A stretch of DNA of 64,000 nucleotides from Saccostrea cucullata (Eukaryota): positions 62,001 through 126,000 of the forward strand of contig NW_026929220.1 in NCBI RefSeq assembly GCF_032062105.1. Reading direction: 5' to 3'. Positions 27,270 through 38,534 of the stretch are shown piece by piece. Each line of letters starts with the position of its first letter. Position 1 is the stretch's first letter. The notes beneath the pieces were generated by a model. That model made no database searches, was not told the DNA's origin, and worked only from the letters and a program-made list of their open reading frames with translations. Both the position numbers and the translations under genes were made by a program.

Positions 27270-28110
27270 TTGGTCATCAGCAAAATGACCTACTTTGTAA
27301 AAAAAATACTGTGAATGTACGCTCAACTACTTTGACGTTAATATTAAGGGATTGCTGGCGTTCCCCATTGACAACATGGATGTAGTCTTCGAAAACCAAG
27401 CTTTCCAACATGCTCTTGAAATTTTTATATTTAATAATTGTGCTCCTTTTTCAAGCGACCTGTTTTTATATTCCATTCCTAGATATGATAGAATTTATTC
27501 AAAATTCTTTTACACAAGAAGTAGAAAACTCTCACTGTGGTCTTCAATTTGAAATGCAGGTAAATCGACAATGTTTTATCGATTAAAAAATGTTATTTTC
27601 ATTAAAATGTTGACACCATTTATATATCAGTGAACTTGGAATAAAAGACACCATGGATGCTGCAACATAGTTTTCTTATTTCAATGTTTTAATGATCATA
27701 CAGGATAAAGGTTAATGAGCAACTAAACCAAACTGCATGACAAACGAGATGATTTTAGTTTTTCTATCGTCCAATTTCCTTATTTTATTAAGTAATACCC
27801 CATTTTCACCTGCTTATAATGTTTATACATTTTTCTTTATCTTATTTCTTACTTAAAAGCTTCTTCTGAGTTAGATACATTTTTAAAAAGTAGCAGACTA
27901 CTCACAAGTAAATTGATGTTTCGGGGATTTTAGCAGCCTTCTTTAAAGTAGCATTTTGGTTAATCTTGAATTCGTTATGTTGATTTTGTTAACATATTTA
28001 TCTTACTTTTGGGTCTTATTTTGGCGAAATTCTTTCATATCGATCGCAAATGCTATATTGTTGTATACTTAACTACATACGCAGAGTTTGTCTACCCGAT
28101 CAATATCTAG
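27270..28110 (+). mobile_element. Highly degenerate Penelope-like RT fragment
   Basis: Remnants of IDN..VF..Q.FQ, NCAP..DLFLYS, ELEIKDT, DKRDDF.FSIV and SN.P.SPAY.VY motifs; the tail resumes at ~29745-29880 after a nested insertion. Confidence 0.65.
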
Positions 28111-28128
28111 TGGCCACTTGAATTGCAT

Positions 28129-29739
28129 CAATCTAATTGAAATTAGATGTTAGATCCGCTCGTATACTCGCTTCACTAACATCTAACAACATCCCATTAA
28201 GGGTCACGTCAGAGGTCAATTCTATTAACCAATCAAATCGTCGCCTGCAAAATCGTTGTATATTGTTGAAGCGAATAAGTCTAGAGGTGTTCCGAATTTG
28301 ACATCTGACTTAAAGCCCGAGATAATAAGCACCGCCTTCAGATTTACCTGGTCTGTATCCCCCTGTCAATCAAATGAATTAAGGTCCGTCATTGGGTACT
28401 TGAAATTGATTGACAGTTAGCTACTAGTCCCTGTGTATATCTCTTTTACCTTGCTTGACACGCGTGGCCACCATCAAACTAACTTTTGGTCCTCTGATGG
28501 TTACCGCTAAATTACCATCGCAATAAGGAAGCCATTTCGATGAAAACAATTTCAGCTTGATTATAATTAATTAATTATCTGTATTGCAAACATGTCATTA
28601 AAAAATGATTTTTTTATCTCATTGTATTTCAATAAAATAAATCAAGATTGTGCATATTTTCACTAATGAAAATTGCATAGGAGAATGAAATTTTGTTTTC
28701 ACTCATAAAATTTAAGAATGATTCTTGGTTTGAGACGTGGCGAAAAATTGGGAGAAAATAAGCTGGTAACACTTTTTGCATTTAACGGATAACTAAGGAT
28801 AAAAACAAAATATCTGATAAGTAACAACTTCGCCTGGACAAGTATTAAGAGTTTCTTTCTTTTCTTTTCCTTTTTATAACCGAACATTTCTTACTTCGTG
28901 GGTTGTTACCTCCGTTCAAGGTCACAGATGTTAAAAATAGTTTTGAAAGAAATACATATGTTGGCATTAATTTCATATTTTGTTTAACGTTGTAATATTA
29001 TAATCTAAATTTACTTAAAATACACACATACTTGTATGTAATTTTAAGTTTACAAAACCATCGTTATCGCCAATTTTTCACTCAGAATGTACATTTGCTA
29101 AAAATAGGACCACGCGACATTTTATACAAACGGCAAGTAACTGGTACTATTTGACCGTGATCGAAGCTCTATAAATACAATAATTATGAATAGTTTTTAA
29201 GATTTTGAAAGGGACAGACAAGGACGAGTATTTTACCTTTGAAATTATACCTGAAATTCATATTAAATGATTATTATTATTTTTTTTTTACAAAGAACTC
29301 AGGTCGTTGCTGCTGTACATGTGACGTACAACACGCCGTAGTTTTTTTTTAAACAAAAAGTCGGCCTGCGAGATTTCTGTTTGTTTGATATTAGATATGA
29401 GTCTGAAATTACGAAATTTTACAATTATCATTAATTACTATTGATATTTTTTCTTATTTACGATGTCGAATTCTACTAATTTTAAGATGAACAGTAGGCC
29501 ATCAAGCTGTACAGGTAATACCCATGGACTTCTTGTGTATACTGTTTGTGTATAGTGATTAGCGCTTCCCACGGTCTGCACGACCGTCAATGCCTCGGGA
29601 TGCCACGCATGTAAAACTAAGTCCCTCCCCTTACCTGAGAAAACCGTACGGTTAAAAATCTCGGCCTTTAACCCTCTATGGGATGTTGTTAGTGTAGCAA
29701 GTTTGCGAGCGGATCTAACATCTAATTTTAATTAAATTG
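28129..29739. mobile_element. TIR-bounded non-autonomous DNA transposon (~1.6 kb) nested in a Penelope-like tail
   Basis: ~70-bp imperfect TIRs: CAATCTAATTGAAATTAGATGTTAGATCCGCTCG... and ...GCGAGCGGATCTAACATCTAATTTTAATTAAATTG. Confidence 0.75.
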
Positions 29740-30345
29740 CACTTGCATGAACCGTTAACAGGGGATGTCTACTCCTCCTTGACACTTGATACATCTACGA
29801 AATTTCCAGGAGTCCGTGTTTTCTGTTCTTTTCACATATTTGTATTTTTTTGAACGATCAATGTTTTTTTTTCGTTATTTTCCGATAACCGACAAACTGT
29901 AGGTCAGCATGCATTTCTTATTCAACAGGTTTAAACATGTCAAACGGCATTTAAATGAAGATTGCACTAGTTTTCTTATACCTTTGTTAAATCTTATCTT
30001 AATCAACAGTTAAAATTTTGATGGAATAATTCAGTATAAAATGGGTTGCTCATAATATATGACACATCTTCATCTTACATCATAAGAAAACTTTTTATTG
30101 GTGAAAACAGGGAGGAAATGAATACTTATACGCCCTGAAGTGGCTGGATTTTTTAATATTATTATGATTTTACAGTCGTGCCGTCTACGAGTTTGATGGA
30201 AATTCAATACATGTGAAATGTAGTATTACAGGCGACATTTTTGATATTTCACATTTACTGATATTTTGATACTATACTTATATATAAGGAATTAGATGAT
30301 TTAATAGATATGTGATAGGGATTTTGATAAATTATATTTGCAAAG

Positions 30346-30692
30346 ATACCAGGCCATCATCAACGCTCTTCTTTTTGTTGACTTTTGTGGTAAATGAAAT
30401 ATGATATTTGATATTGTCATGAAAAAGAAAAAAAAAACATCTTTATTTCCTAATTTTTAAGCCTTCCTTATCCAAATATCATGGTATCAGTATCTAATTC
30501 TTTATATTTCTTTCTTTGTATTTAGCCTTTTTTGCTTTCTCTTGTGTTCAGTGCCTTGGAAACTAATTTTTAGGCGGTCCTTGGATCACACACAGGATCA
30601 AAGATACTGAAAGGTCTCGACAGAGTGAGATGGTTACATTGATGTATAGCGGTATCGCGTTGCACCATCTTTGCCCCCATTATCTGGCATCC
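30346..30692 (+). pseudogene. Second, older relic of the polyprotein family: degenerate linker exon and B-type domain exon
   Basis: 30346: ag|ATACCAGGCCATCATCAAC...GTTGAC (QAIIN...VD with the KR segment deleted). 30526-30692: ag|CCTTT...GCGGTCCTTGGATCA (AVLGS)...GTTACATTGATG...TTGCACCATCTTTGCCCC (LHHLCP), with an in-frame TAG and lost Cys. Confidence 0.65.
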
Positions 30693-30819
30693 ATATATAT
30701 TTTCTTTTAAATCTGTTCAATTTTCATTCCTTGCATGCAGTCCATATTAATGTACTTTTTGAAAAAAAATAACAGTCTGTGATAGTGCTTTGAAAATGTG
30801 ATTATTAACTCATATATTT

Positions 30820-31095
30820 AAGGTAGTTCAGTCACGGAGCACTCGCTCTGTGATGGATCAGATCCTTTCAGCGACATACCAGAGTTAATGAAAAGCAAAG
30901 CAACTGTTCATTCGTAAAGCACTCGGCATATTGAAATGGAATAGGCTTTGGTTCAATATGATTCATTTAGTGTTACAAGTAAATGACCTTGTTTACGAAG
31001 TATACAGGTCTAAATTTGAAGCTGTTATCCGACATACTATACCATCTAAAATGAGTGGGAAAATCTTGCAATGAACGTTAAACAGCAATACATTA
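30820..31095 (+). mobile_element. Degenerate SINE-like element
   Basis: tRNA A-box-like start (GGTAGTTCAGT) and 3' end ...GAAAATCTTG...ACGTTAAACAGCAATACA, similar to the reverse complement of the ends at 50180 and 50540. Confidence 0.45.
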
Positions 31096-31871
31096 ATCGT
31101 AAAAGTACAACTTTTTACTATTATTTATTATCATTTACCTTGATTTGATAGTTTATAAAAACTTACTTGCATTTTTATTTATTTACATGTAGTAGAAAAG
31201 CAAGGTTTTATTGAATGTTTTTAATATATCATAACATCTGCCCAAAGCCTAATTGACATTTTTTTTAATTTTCTCCGATGTATACATTTTACATATTTCT
31301 ACAAATGTTGATGGAGGAAGGGTCGAACCCAATTCAAGTATGTTCCTCTTTTTTCTGTTTATCTTGTCTAGTTTTGATATGCCTTATTCTGCAAAATTCC
31401 CATGGAACATTCAACCAAAAACCAAAGTGCTGCAGTATATCTAATAAAGTGCATTTTCAAATTTTGAAAAAAAGTCAGTCATATCAACTTCTGAGTGCCT
31501 AATTTGATATAACATGGAGAATATTAAATGGATTAAAATGATACCTGTCGACAAGCCATATTATGTTAGTCAATTTTCGTTTTTTTTTTCCAAAAGAAAA
31601 AAAAACTTTCTAGATATGCTCTGGCTTAAAAGCAAAACTTTATATTGATGCAAGTGATTCTGCTGAGCAGAAACGCCAAAAAATGATAGATAATAATTTG
31701 CGAACAAATCACTTTTACAATTGAGTCTTTATTCGACATATCAAATTTACAATTATTTTGATCACATTCCATAGCTTATGAAGTAATTTTAAAAACGTTA
31801 TTTACTTAACTCTCCTTCATATTGCAGGTATGTAGAACAATTCCAAAATGAATGAAAATTTCCTTAAAAAC

Positions 31872-32020
31872 ATATTCTTATCACTGTATAACCTTGCGTG
31901 GAGTTAGTCAGCTGATATAGCCTTGCACGAAGAAAGTACATGACCTACCAATGATTTCACTGTATGCATAAAAGACCTAACGAAAGGCTTGTCTTTCACT
32001 TACTCTTGGAGAACTCAGAG
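31872..32020 (+). promoter_or_regulatory. Putative core promoter and non-coding first exon of gene 3
   Basis: ATATTCTTATC (31872), ACATGACCTA (31938), CATAAAA (31967), Inr-like TTCACT (~31995), donor AGAG|GTAAAT at 32020/32021. Parallels gene 2. Confidence 0.55.
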
Positions 32021-32254
32021 GTAAATGATGTTTAATATTTCTTAACATTATTCAAATAAAAATCAACCGAGGACGTTAATATAAGTAAATTATGTTTGAA
32101 TGTATAAAAAATGTTTTGAGTATCCAGAAATTAGAAAATATAATTCAAAAAAAACAAAAAAAAAAAAAACAATTATACTAACAAACATCACACATGAATC
32201 AATGTTTTGTAATATTTTCATTTTGATATAGATTTTTTTTTCTTTTTAGGAACA

Positions 32255-35200
32255 ATGAAGTTTTTAATTTTATTCTGTCTTCCTGCAGTTTTTGGGGCAG
32301 CTGGTGGGTGATTTGTCGCCTAAAAAATGAATTCATTCGAATAAAAATAACGTGATTTGATTTGGACATATCATTTTACTTATACTACTTATTTTACCTC
32401 TTTTTCAGTTCCACAAAAGAGAGTTCTCTTTGACAGTGAGTAGGATTTTCCATTTTTTTTTTATAACACACTTTGGGAAAAGTTAAAACACTCTCCTTTT
32501 TAGTAGTTTTTAATAGATATCTAGTACTGAATCAAGAAAGATTTAGAGGAAAAATAATGTAAAAGTTTCAGAGTTTCAGAAAAATAAGATGTGACCCATG
32601 GAAAGCACCATAGAATTATCGTATGTGGCAGGTATTTCTGTCACAAAACTTGAAGAGTTTAGATGAATTTCGATAAAAGAAAATATGACACTACTGTAAA
32701 AGTGAAATGTCAGTAAGACGCACATTTAGCGAATTCTACTTCAAAATTGATATTTATATTGATATGTAGCTTCAGCATTTTGAAAATGCTTCGAAAGAAG
32801 CTATTTATTTTATTCATAAAAAAAATTATTTACAAAGTGAATGGAATTGAGCATCAGGCAAATCCTATTTAGCTCTCTCCCCCCAAGGTCAAGATGAACA
32901 CATACAATATATAGGTATGAAAGTAAATAGACAAAAACGCTATAAATAATTGCAAATAACAAAAAAGGGATTTTTAGCGATATTCAATTTTAGCAATCTC
33001 TCAGCACCCTCGCTAATAATGCCAAAATTAAATTCTCGCTTTAAAATGCACTTAAACGTTTTTTTGTTGCTGTTGTTTTTTAAAGGACCCTTTTTAAAGT
33101 AGTTCATGTGCACTTTTTGTATGTTTTACCTTATTTACCTTTATTTGAATTTTCGACAATTGAATTCTTCTCCTCCAAAATTAGATTTGGTAGGCTATCA
33201 AATTTTTTGCTCAAAACTTACTTGCAGCTAAAAATTCAAGAAATGTTTTTACGTTAATTGTGAATTATATTGTGTAAATCACACAAACTTTTGCGTAAGC
33301 ATACTTATCATGGATATATCATTCTGCTCTGATTAAGAGTAGTACCTACGTTATCCATGAAAGGGTCTATTGTAAAGTGAATTATAAACTCATTGGTTAA
33401 TATACAGAATGTATGATTTCTTTCAACAGCATTTTTGAATGGTCCTGAGGCACAGCATGTAGTCAATCAATTAGTCACATTTCTTACCACTGAGGACAAC
33501 GAGGCCAAATGTGAACAAGAGTGCCACGTCCTCATCGCTAACCAGCAGTCTTTAGTGCAGCATTTGTGCCCATTTATGTGCCGAGCGTAAGTAAAATGCT
33601 ATATGAACACATTTACATTTTTTATGATTGAATACAACTCTTTCGGGTATTTTCTTAATCTACAACTTTACATTGCTCCAGGACTGTGTCATCTGAAAAA
33701 AAAGTATTTTCTAAATTATGCTTCAATACTTGGTTAAAAAAAAACCTGTTTTCACCGCCCAAGAGTTTATCTTTATAGCAGTTACGAGGAAGATATTTTA
33801 TACGTACAAATACAATATAACGATTGAAAAATGAAAGGATATTCTTATTTTCTATAGATAATGATTTAAAAAAGAACAATAATCCCTTATGATATATCAT
33901 TTTTTTCAGCTTTTCTCAATGGGGAGGAGGCTAGACGTCTGGTTGATCAGCTGGTGGAGGTACTAGCTACAGATGATAACGAGGTTAAATGTGAATCACA
34001 TTGTCACACCCTTATTGCAAACCAACAGTCGGTTATGCAGCATTTATGTCCCTTCCTGTGTCACTCGTAAGTCAAACCCAAGACCTTAAATTTTATCTAA
34101 ACTTTTTTTGTTTTCTGGAATAAAATTACTAGGTGCTTTTGGTGCCAAATTCGGCCTCGTGTTCAAATGAAATGAATATTTCCTCAAAATTCTTTCAGAG
34201 TGCCTATATTTTCAATTAATAACTCTACCAAGATTAATAAATATTTATTATCATTGAAAAAAGTACCATAGTTTATGTGAGGAAAGCGGTACTTTGGCGT
34301 TGCCTTATTCGTTGATAAATCCACCATACATGTATAATTCAAGAGGTTTATCAAATCTCATTTCCGGAAATGCACATTGAGACGTCCAGGTGATAGCATA
34401 AAATGACCATGCTAGTTCAATCGATTTTTCTTAAATAAAGAAACATCTTTTAATTATCTGGAATTATTTTTGGATTTGATTTTTAAAAATCTGAAAAAGG
34501 AGATGGGCGTATTTGGCATGTGATCTGCAGGAATCATTTGTACGAAACATTTATGATTTGAATGTCCATGATTTGGTTGGCTGACGATACATATAGCTGG
34601 TCAAATTTTAAAAACTGCCATAGGGTTTTTTAAAGTTAAGTTTGAAATACCTTGATAGATTGTAACATTTATGACCTTTTATATTAGGAGGTACAATAAC
34701 ACAGTAATGCTTCATCGAAAAAAAAAAATGAACACCAATTAGATAAACTAGGCATATATGATAAATGTACATCAGTGCTCATGTACATCAAAGTTTAAGT
34801 AGAATAGAAGATTGGATTTGATTTCGCTCTCGGTGCAACAGAACCAAAATTTATCTAATTCAAAATTTTGATAAATCAGTATATAAAACGAACCTGACTA
34901 AAGAATTGACTTTTGTATTTAATAAAAATAAATAATGCCCCATCGAGACTCGAACCAAAAAAAATATTCACCTATAGTGCAATGCGCAGGTAGCCCATGT
35001 TACTGAGCTATTGCCGTTACACGATTAGTGCATTTTAAAAAGAAAAAGAAGCACCACATTTCCACAGCTGTAATTTTTGGGAAAAATGATTTTTTTTATG
35101 GTCCCTGGGTCTTCTCTCCATTTTTTTTTTTTATAAATGTATGTTCGTTTCTTTGAATTAAAATGCACACAAAAAACGTTTCAAAATCATAGAGAGTGAG

Positions 35201-37631
35201 AATGAAATTAGAAAAGCGTGTTTTAAAATGTACAATTTTGTACGAAATGTCTGATCTAGCCAATTTTCAAGTTAGTTCGTAGCAAATCAAAACTCACTTA
35301 CTGGAAAATATTTTTCTTTCCCATTTCACAGGAACCCGATTAATAAAAAAATGTTAAAATTTCATGTGACACGACGATAAAATTTTCACTTTTATGTATT
35401 TTGCTGAATGCCAATATTTAGTTAAACATGCAAAATGTTTATAGCCCTTTTTTCGACTTCGTTTGTAAACTTTTGTATCGAAATGTAACATATTAAAAGA
35501 AATGTTACTTTTTTCTTGCAGTTTTGTATAGCATCTGTTAATTATGATCATTGAATTTGTGTGTATACATGTACGTGAACATATATCATTATATACATGT
35601 ATGGTCTTCCGATTTTAGGCTTTCACATATTTTTAGATTTCATTTTCAAAACCCACAGTTTACTTCTTCTCCGTTGGTACTTACCATTACTTTTCCTTGA
35701 CTTGATTAACAAATAAGAACACCTCTATTAACCTATTAAAACATTTAATTTCCGTTTCGATTTTTAACGATTTTTCCGGATATACGCATTTCGTATTTTG
35801 ACACTATAAATAGAATACGTGTAACAGTCACATTCTAAAAGTTATGGTTCATATTTTATTTTTAAGCAAGGAGATTTCCGACATTTATATTCTATGTAAG
35901 GATCTAATTCAGCGTAAATATCATTATTTGAAAATTCCCTGGGCCAATTATTTTACCAAAGCACCTTATATCAGATCTAATTTATCCTTCATAGTCATTC
36001 CTTATATTTTCCTTAGTGCTCAGACTGCTTTGGCTAACCTACACAGCCCTAACACAGACCCCACTGCCACCGGAAAGCGTCTGGTCCTCGACAGTAAGCA
36101 CTTTGGACTTTCAAATATTTTTCTCTCTCGTTCTGTTCTGACACGTATTAATAATTATACAGCAAAAATAAACTCAGTTATTTGGGGGAAAATGAACATT
36201 TTTTTATTACTAGATTGGTCTTTTTGTAGCTTTCTTGAACACCCAGGAAACTGCCCATCTAGTTGACCAGTTGGTTGCTACTCTTGGCTCTGATGAAAGC
36301 GAGGCTGCATGTGAGAAAGAATGTCACGTGTTAATCAGAGACTCAACTTCCGTTTTCCAACACATGTGCCCATTCTTGTGTCACTCGTAAGTGAAAAAAA
36401 TACCCATAGGAAAATTTCTATACACCAAGATTATGTAATAAATACAACATAAAGTTAAAAAGTTTTGCTTTTGTCCCCAACTGTAAAGTCAGACAAGTGA
36501 ACTCTTAAATGTTTGATGCATAACAAAGCTCAATTTAATTACGTTGATTTCATGATAGATGTTCTGTTTCAGAGCTCAAGCTATTATTAACAGGGGACAC
36601 ACCACTACCCCTCCACCTGCCAAACGCTTAGTTTTGGACAGTAAGTTTTAAAATTACTTTTTGTATGATCAATATGTATCTAAACTACAGTATTGTAATA
36701 TACATAGGCTAGAAAAAAAATTTCGCTGGTGAAGAGTTCATGTTTATAATATTTTAAAAACTGACTTTCCAGTAAATAATTTTCAAATAAAAGAAAGACA
36801 AACATGGTTGTCCATTTTAAATATTAATGACTAAAACCAATTTTTTATCCAATCAAATGACGCGTTACAACCAAAATTTTTTTAACAGCTTTCCTGAACA
36901 CCCAGGAGACAGCTCACCTAGTTGATCAGTTGGTCGCTACCCTTGGTGCTGATGAAACCGAGGCTGCATGTGAAAAAGAATGTCACGTGTTGATCAGAGA
37001 CTCAACTTCCGTCTTTCAGCACATGTGTCCATTCTTGTGTCACTCGTAAGTAATTAAAATTAAAGAAAGGTCAATCTGTTTGCTCATCCAGAGACATTCA
37101 AAACAAATAACATAAGGCGATCTTTAACAATTGTTTGGTTGCCTTCTGACAAGTTACTGACTAAAATTTAAAAAAAAAACTTCCTTTTTTATTTAAAGTC
37201 ATTCATCTATTTAAAGTCTTTTCATTATATTCGTCTTATCCCGTCGACAAAGATGTAAAACTTTTCTAGAAAAAAAAATTCCTTAGCCTACCTTTTGCCC
37301 TAATAATTTTACCCAGAGTAAGGAGAGGGCAAAAAATCATTATTTTAAAGATGACGTTAGCCTCAAGTTTTAAAATAGTCAATTTTTATTGTTTCACATC
37401 AATGCTGTATAAAAATTGCTTACCGTTATTGACTAAGAAAAAGTAATACATGTTTCAGTGTTTCCAGATACTTTTCCAGTCACTGTAAATTTTATATATT
37501 CTTGAGTGAACTCTTACTGATGATTCTGCTGGAATGAGTTCTGTTTATTTCCTTTTTGTTATAGAGCTCAAGCTATTTTTAACAAAGGACAAACCACTAC
37601 CGCTGCTGCAGTAAAGCGTTCGAATCTTTAA
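32255..37631 (+). CDS. Gene 3: secreted 3-domain KR-cleaved Cys/His-rich polyprotein precursor (252 aa) with two alternative first-domain exons
   Basis: Exons 32255-32303 (MKFLILFCLPAVFGAA), 32409-32435 (VPQKRVLFD), then either 33430-33586 or 33910-34066, then 36017-36093, 36230-36386, 36573-36640, 36889-37045, 37565-37632 (AQAIFNKGQTTTAAAVKRSNL*, TAA 37629-37631). 759 nt open frame with either alternative exon. Probable 3'UTR exon from 37789 with AATAAA at 37887. Confidence 0.88.
33430..33586 (+). CDS. Gene 3 alternative domain exon 4a
   Basis: 157 nt, cag|...|gtaag; TFLNGPEAQHVVNQLVTFLTTEDNEAKCEQECHVLIANQQSLVQHLCPFMCRA, all four Cys intact. Confidence 0.8.
33910..34066 (+). CDS. Gene 3 alternative domain exon 4b
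   Basis: 157 nt, cag|...|gtaag; TFLNGEEARRLVDQLVEVLATDDNEVKCESHCHTLIANQQSVMQHLCPFLCHS, nearly identical to gene 2 exon 20486-20642. Confidence 0.8.
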
Positions 37632-38412
37632 AGTAAGTTTTTTTTTTTTGGAATTTAACTTATTTCACGAGTGCAAGTTTTCAGGATATTGTTAAGATTT
37701 TTCTTTTTCTTTTTTCTTATTTGTTTTTCAATAAATGGTTGAATAAAATGTAAATGTCTATTTGTGAAAACTCCTGTTTTTCCTACAGATTCAATGATCA
37801 ACAATATTTTCTGATGAAAAGAATTCAATTTATTGAAGGAGCGATTTATGTTATGAAGTTGTGTGTTTTGTACTCAAATTGAAAAAAATAAATATATTTC
37901 CTTATAACACAGAGTTTTTTGTCAGCAAAAATAAAGGCTACGTGTATACATTCGAAAAGCTAAGGGTACGAATTTGTATTTCTAAGGGCTTGTAAAAATG
38001 TATTCTCTGTCATGTACGGGCCAATTAAGGCCCACAGTTTTGAATGGGTATGCATACATTGTCCACATGTAAATGATACAGAAATAATCCATAGCATGAA
38101 TTTGATTTTTTTTTTAAAAAATCAAATTGATCTCTAAATAAAATATCAAAATGCATTACAGGTGAAATAAAATCTTAAACGTCTGCATCTGGATTCTCTG
38201 AAAGCACAATAGATTTATGAATTTGGAGGTTTGATTCGATTCAATTTTTTAGTTGCACGTACAATACACTGAGCATATTTTTAATAACTTAAAAGCGCTC
38301 ACCCTACGTTTAATTTCTTTTATCCTCTATCCGCATGTAAGTTTTGTTGTAATTTGTGGTACTTGATGTTCTGCTGGGGTTGATCTAACACTAATATCAT
38401 AATGGCTAAATC

Positions 38413-38530
38413 TTTTTTACCTCACCCTAGCCCAAGGATCAAGTGAGCTTTTCTGTTCACTACATGTCCGTCTGTCTGTCCGTCCGTTTGTAAACTTTTC
38501 GCATTTTCGACTTCTTCTCAAGAACCACAA
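38413..38530 (+). mobile_element. 5' fragment of a HINE/Helentron-type element
   Basis: TTTTTACCTCACC...CAAGTGAGCTTTTCTG plus (GTCC/GTCT)n and TTTTCGACTTCTTCTCAAGAACCAC; a similar fragment lies at ~21340-21480. Confidence 0.55.
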
Positions 38531-38534
38531 TATA

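Noticed and set aside
31253-31502. Overlapping short ORFs, one ending ...KPKCCSIS...
   Set aside because: No recognisable homology or exon structure; at most a faint terminal-exon relic that I cannot support.
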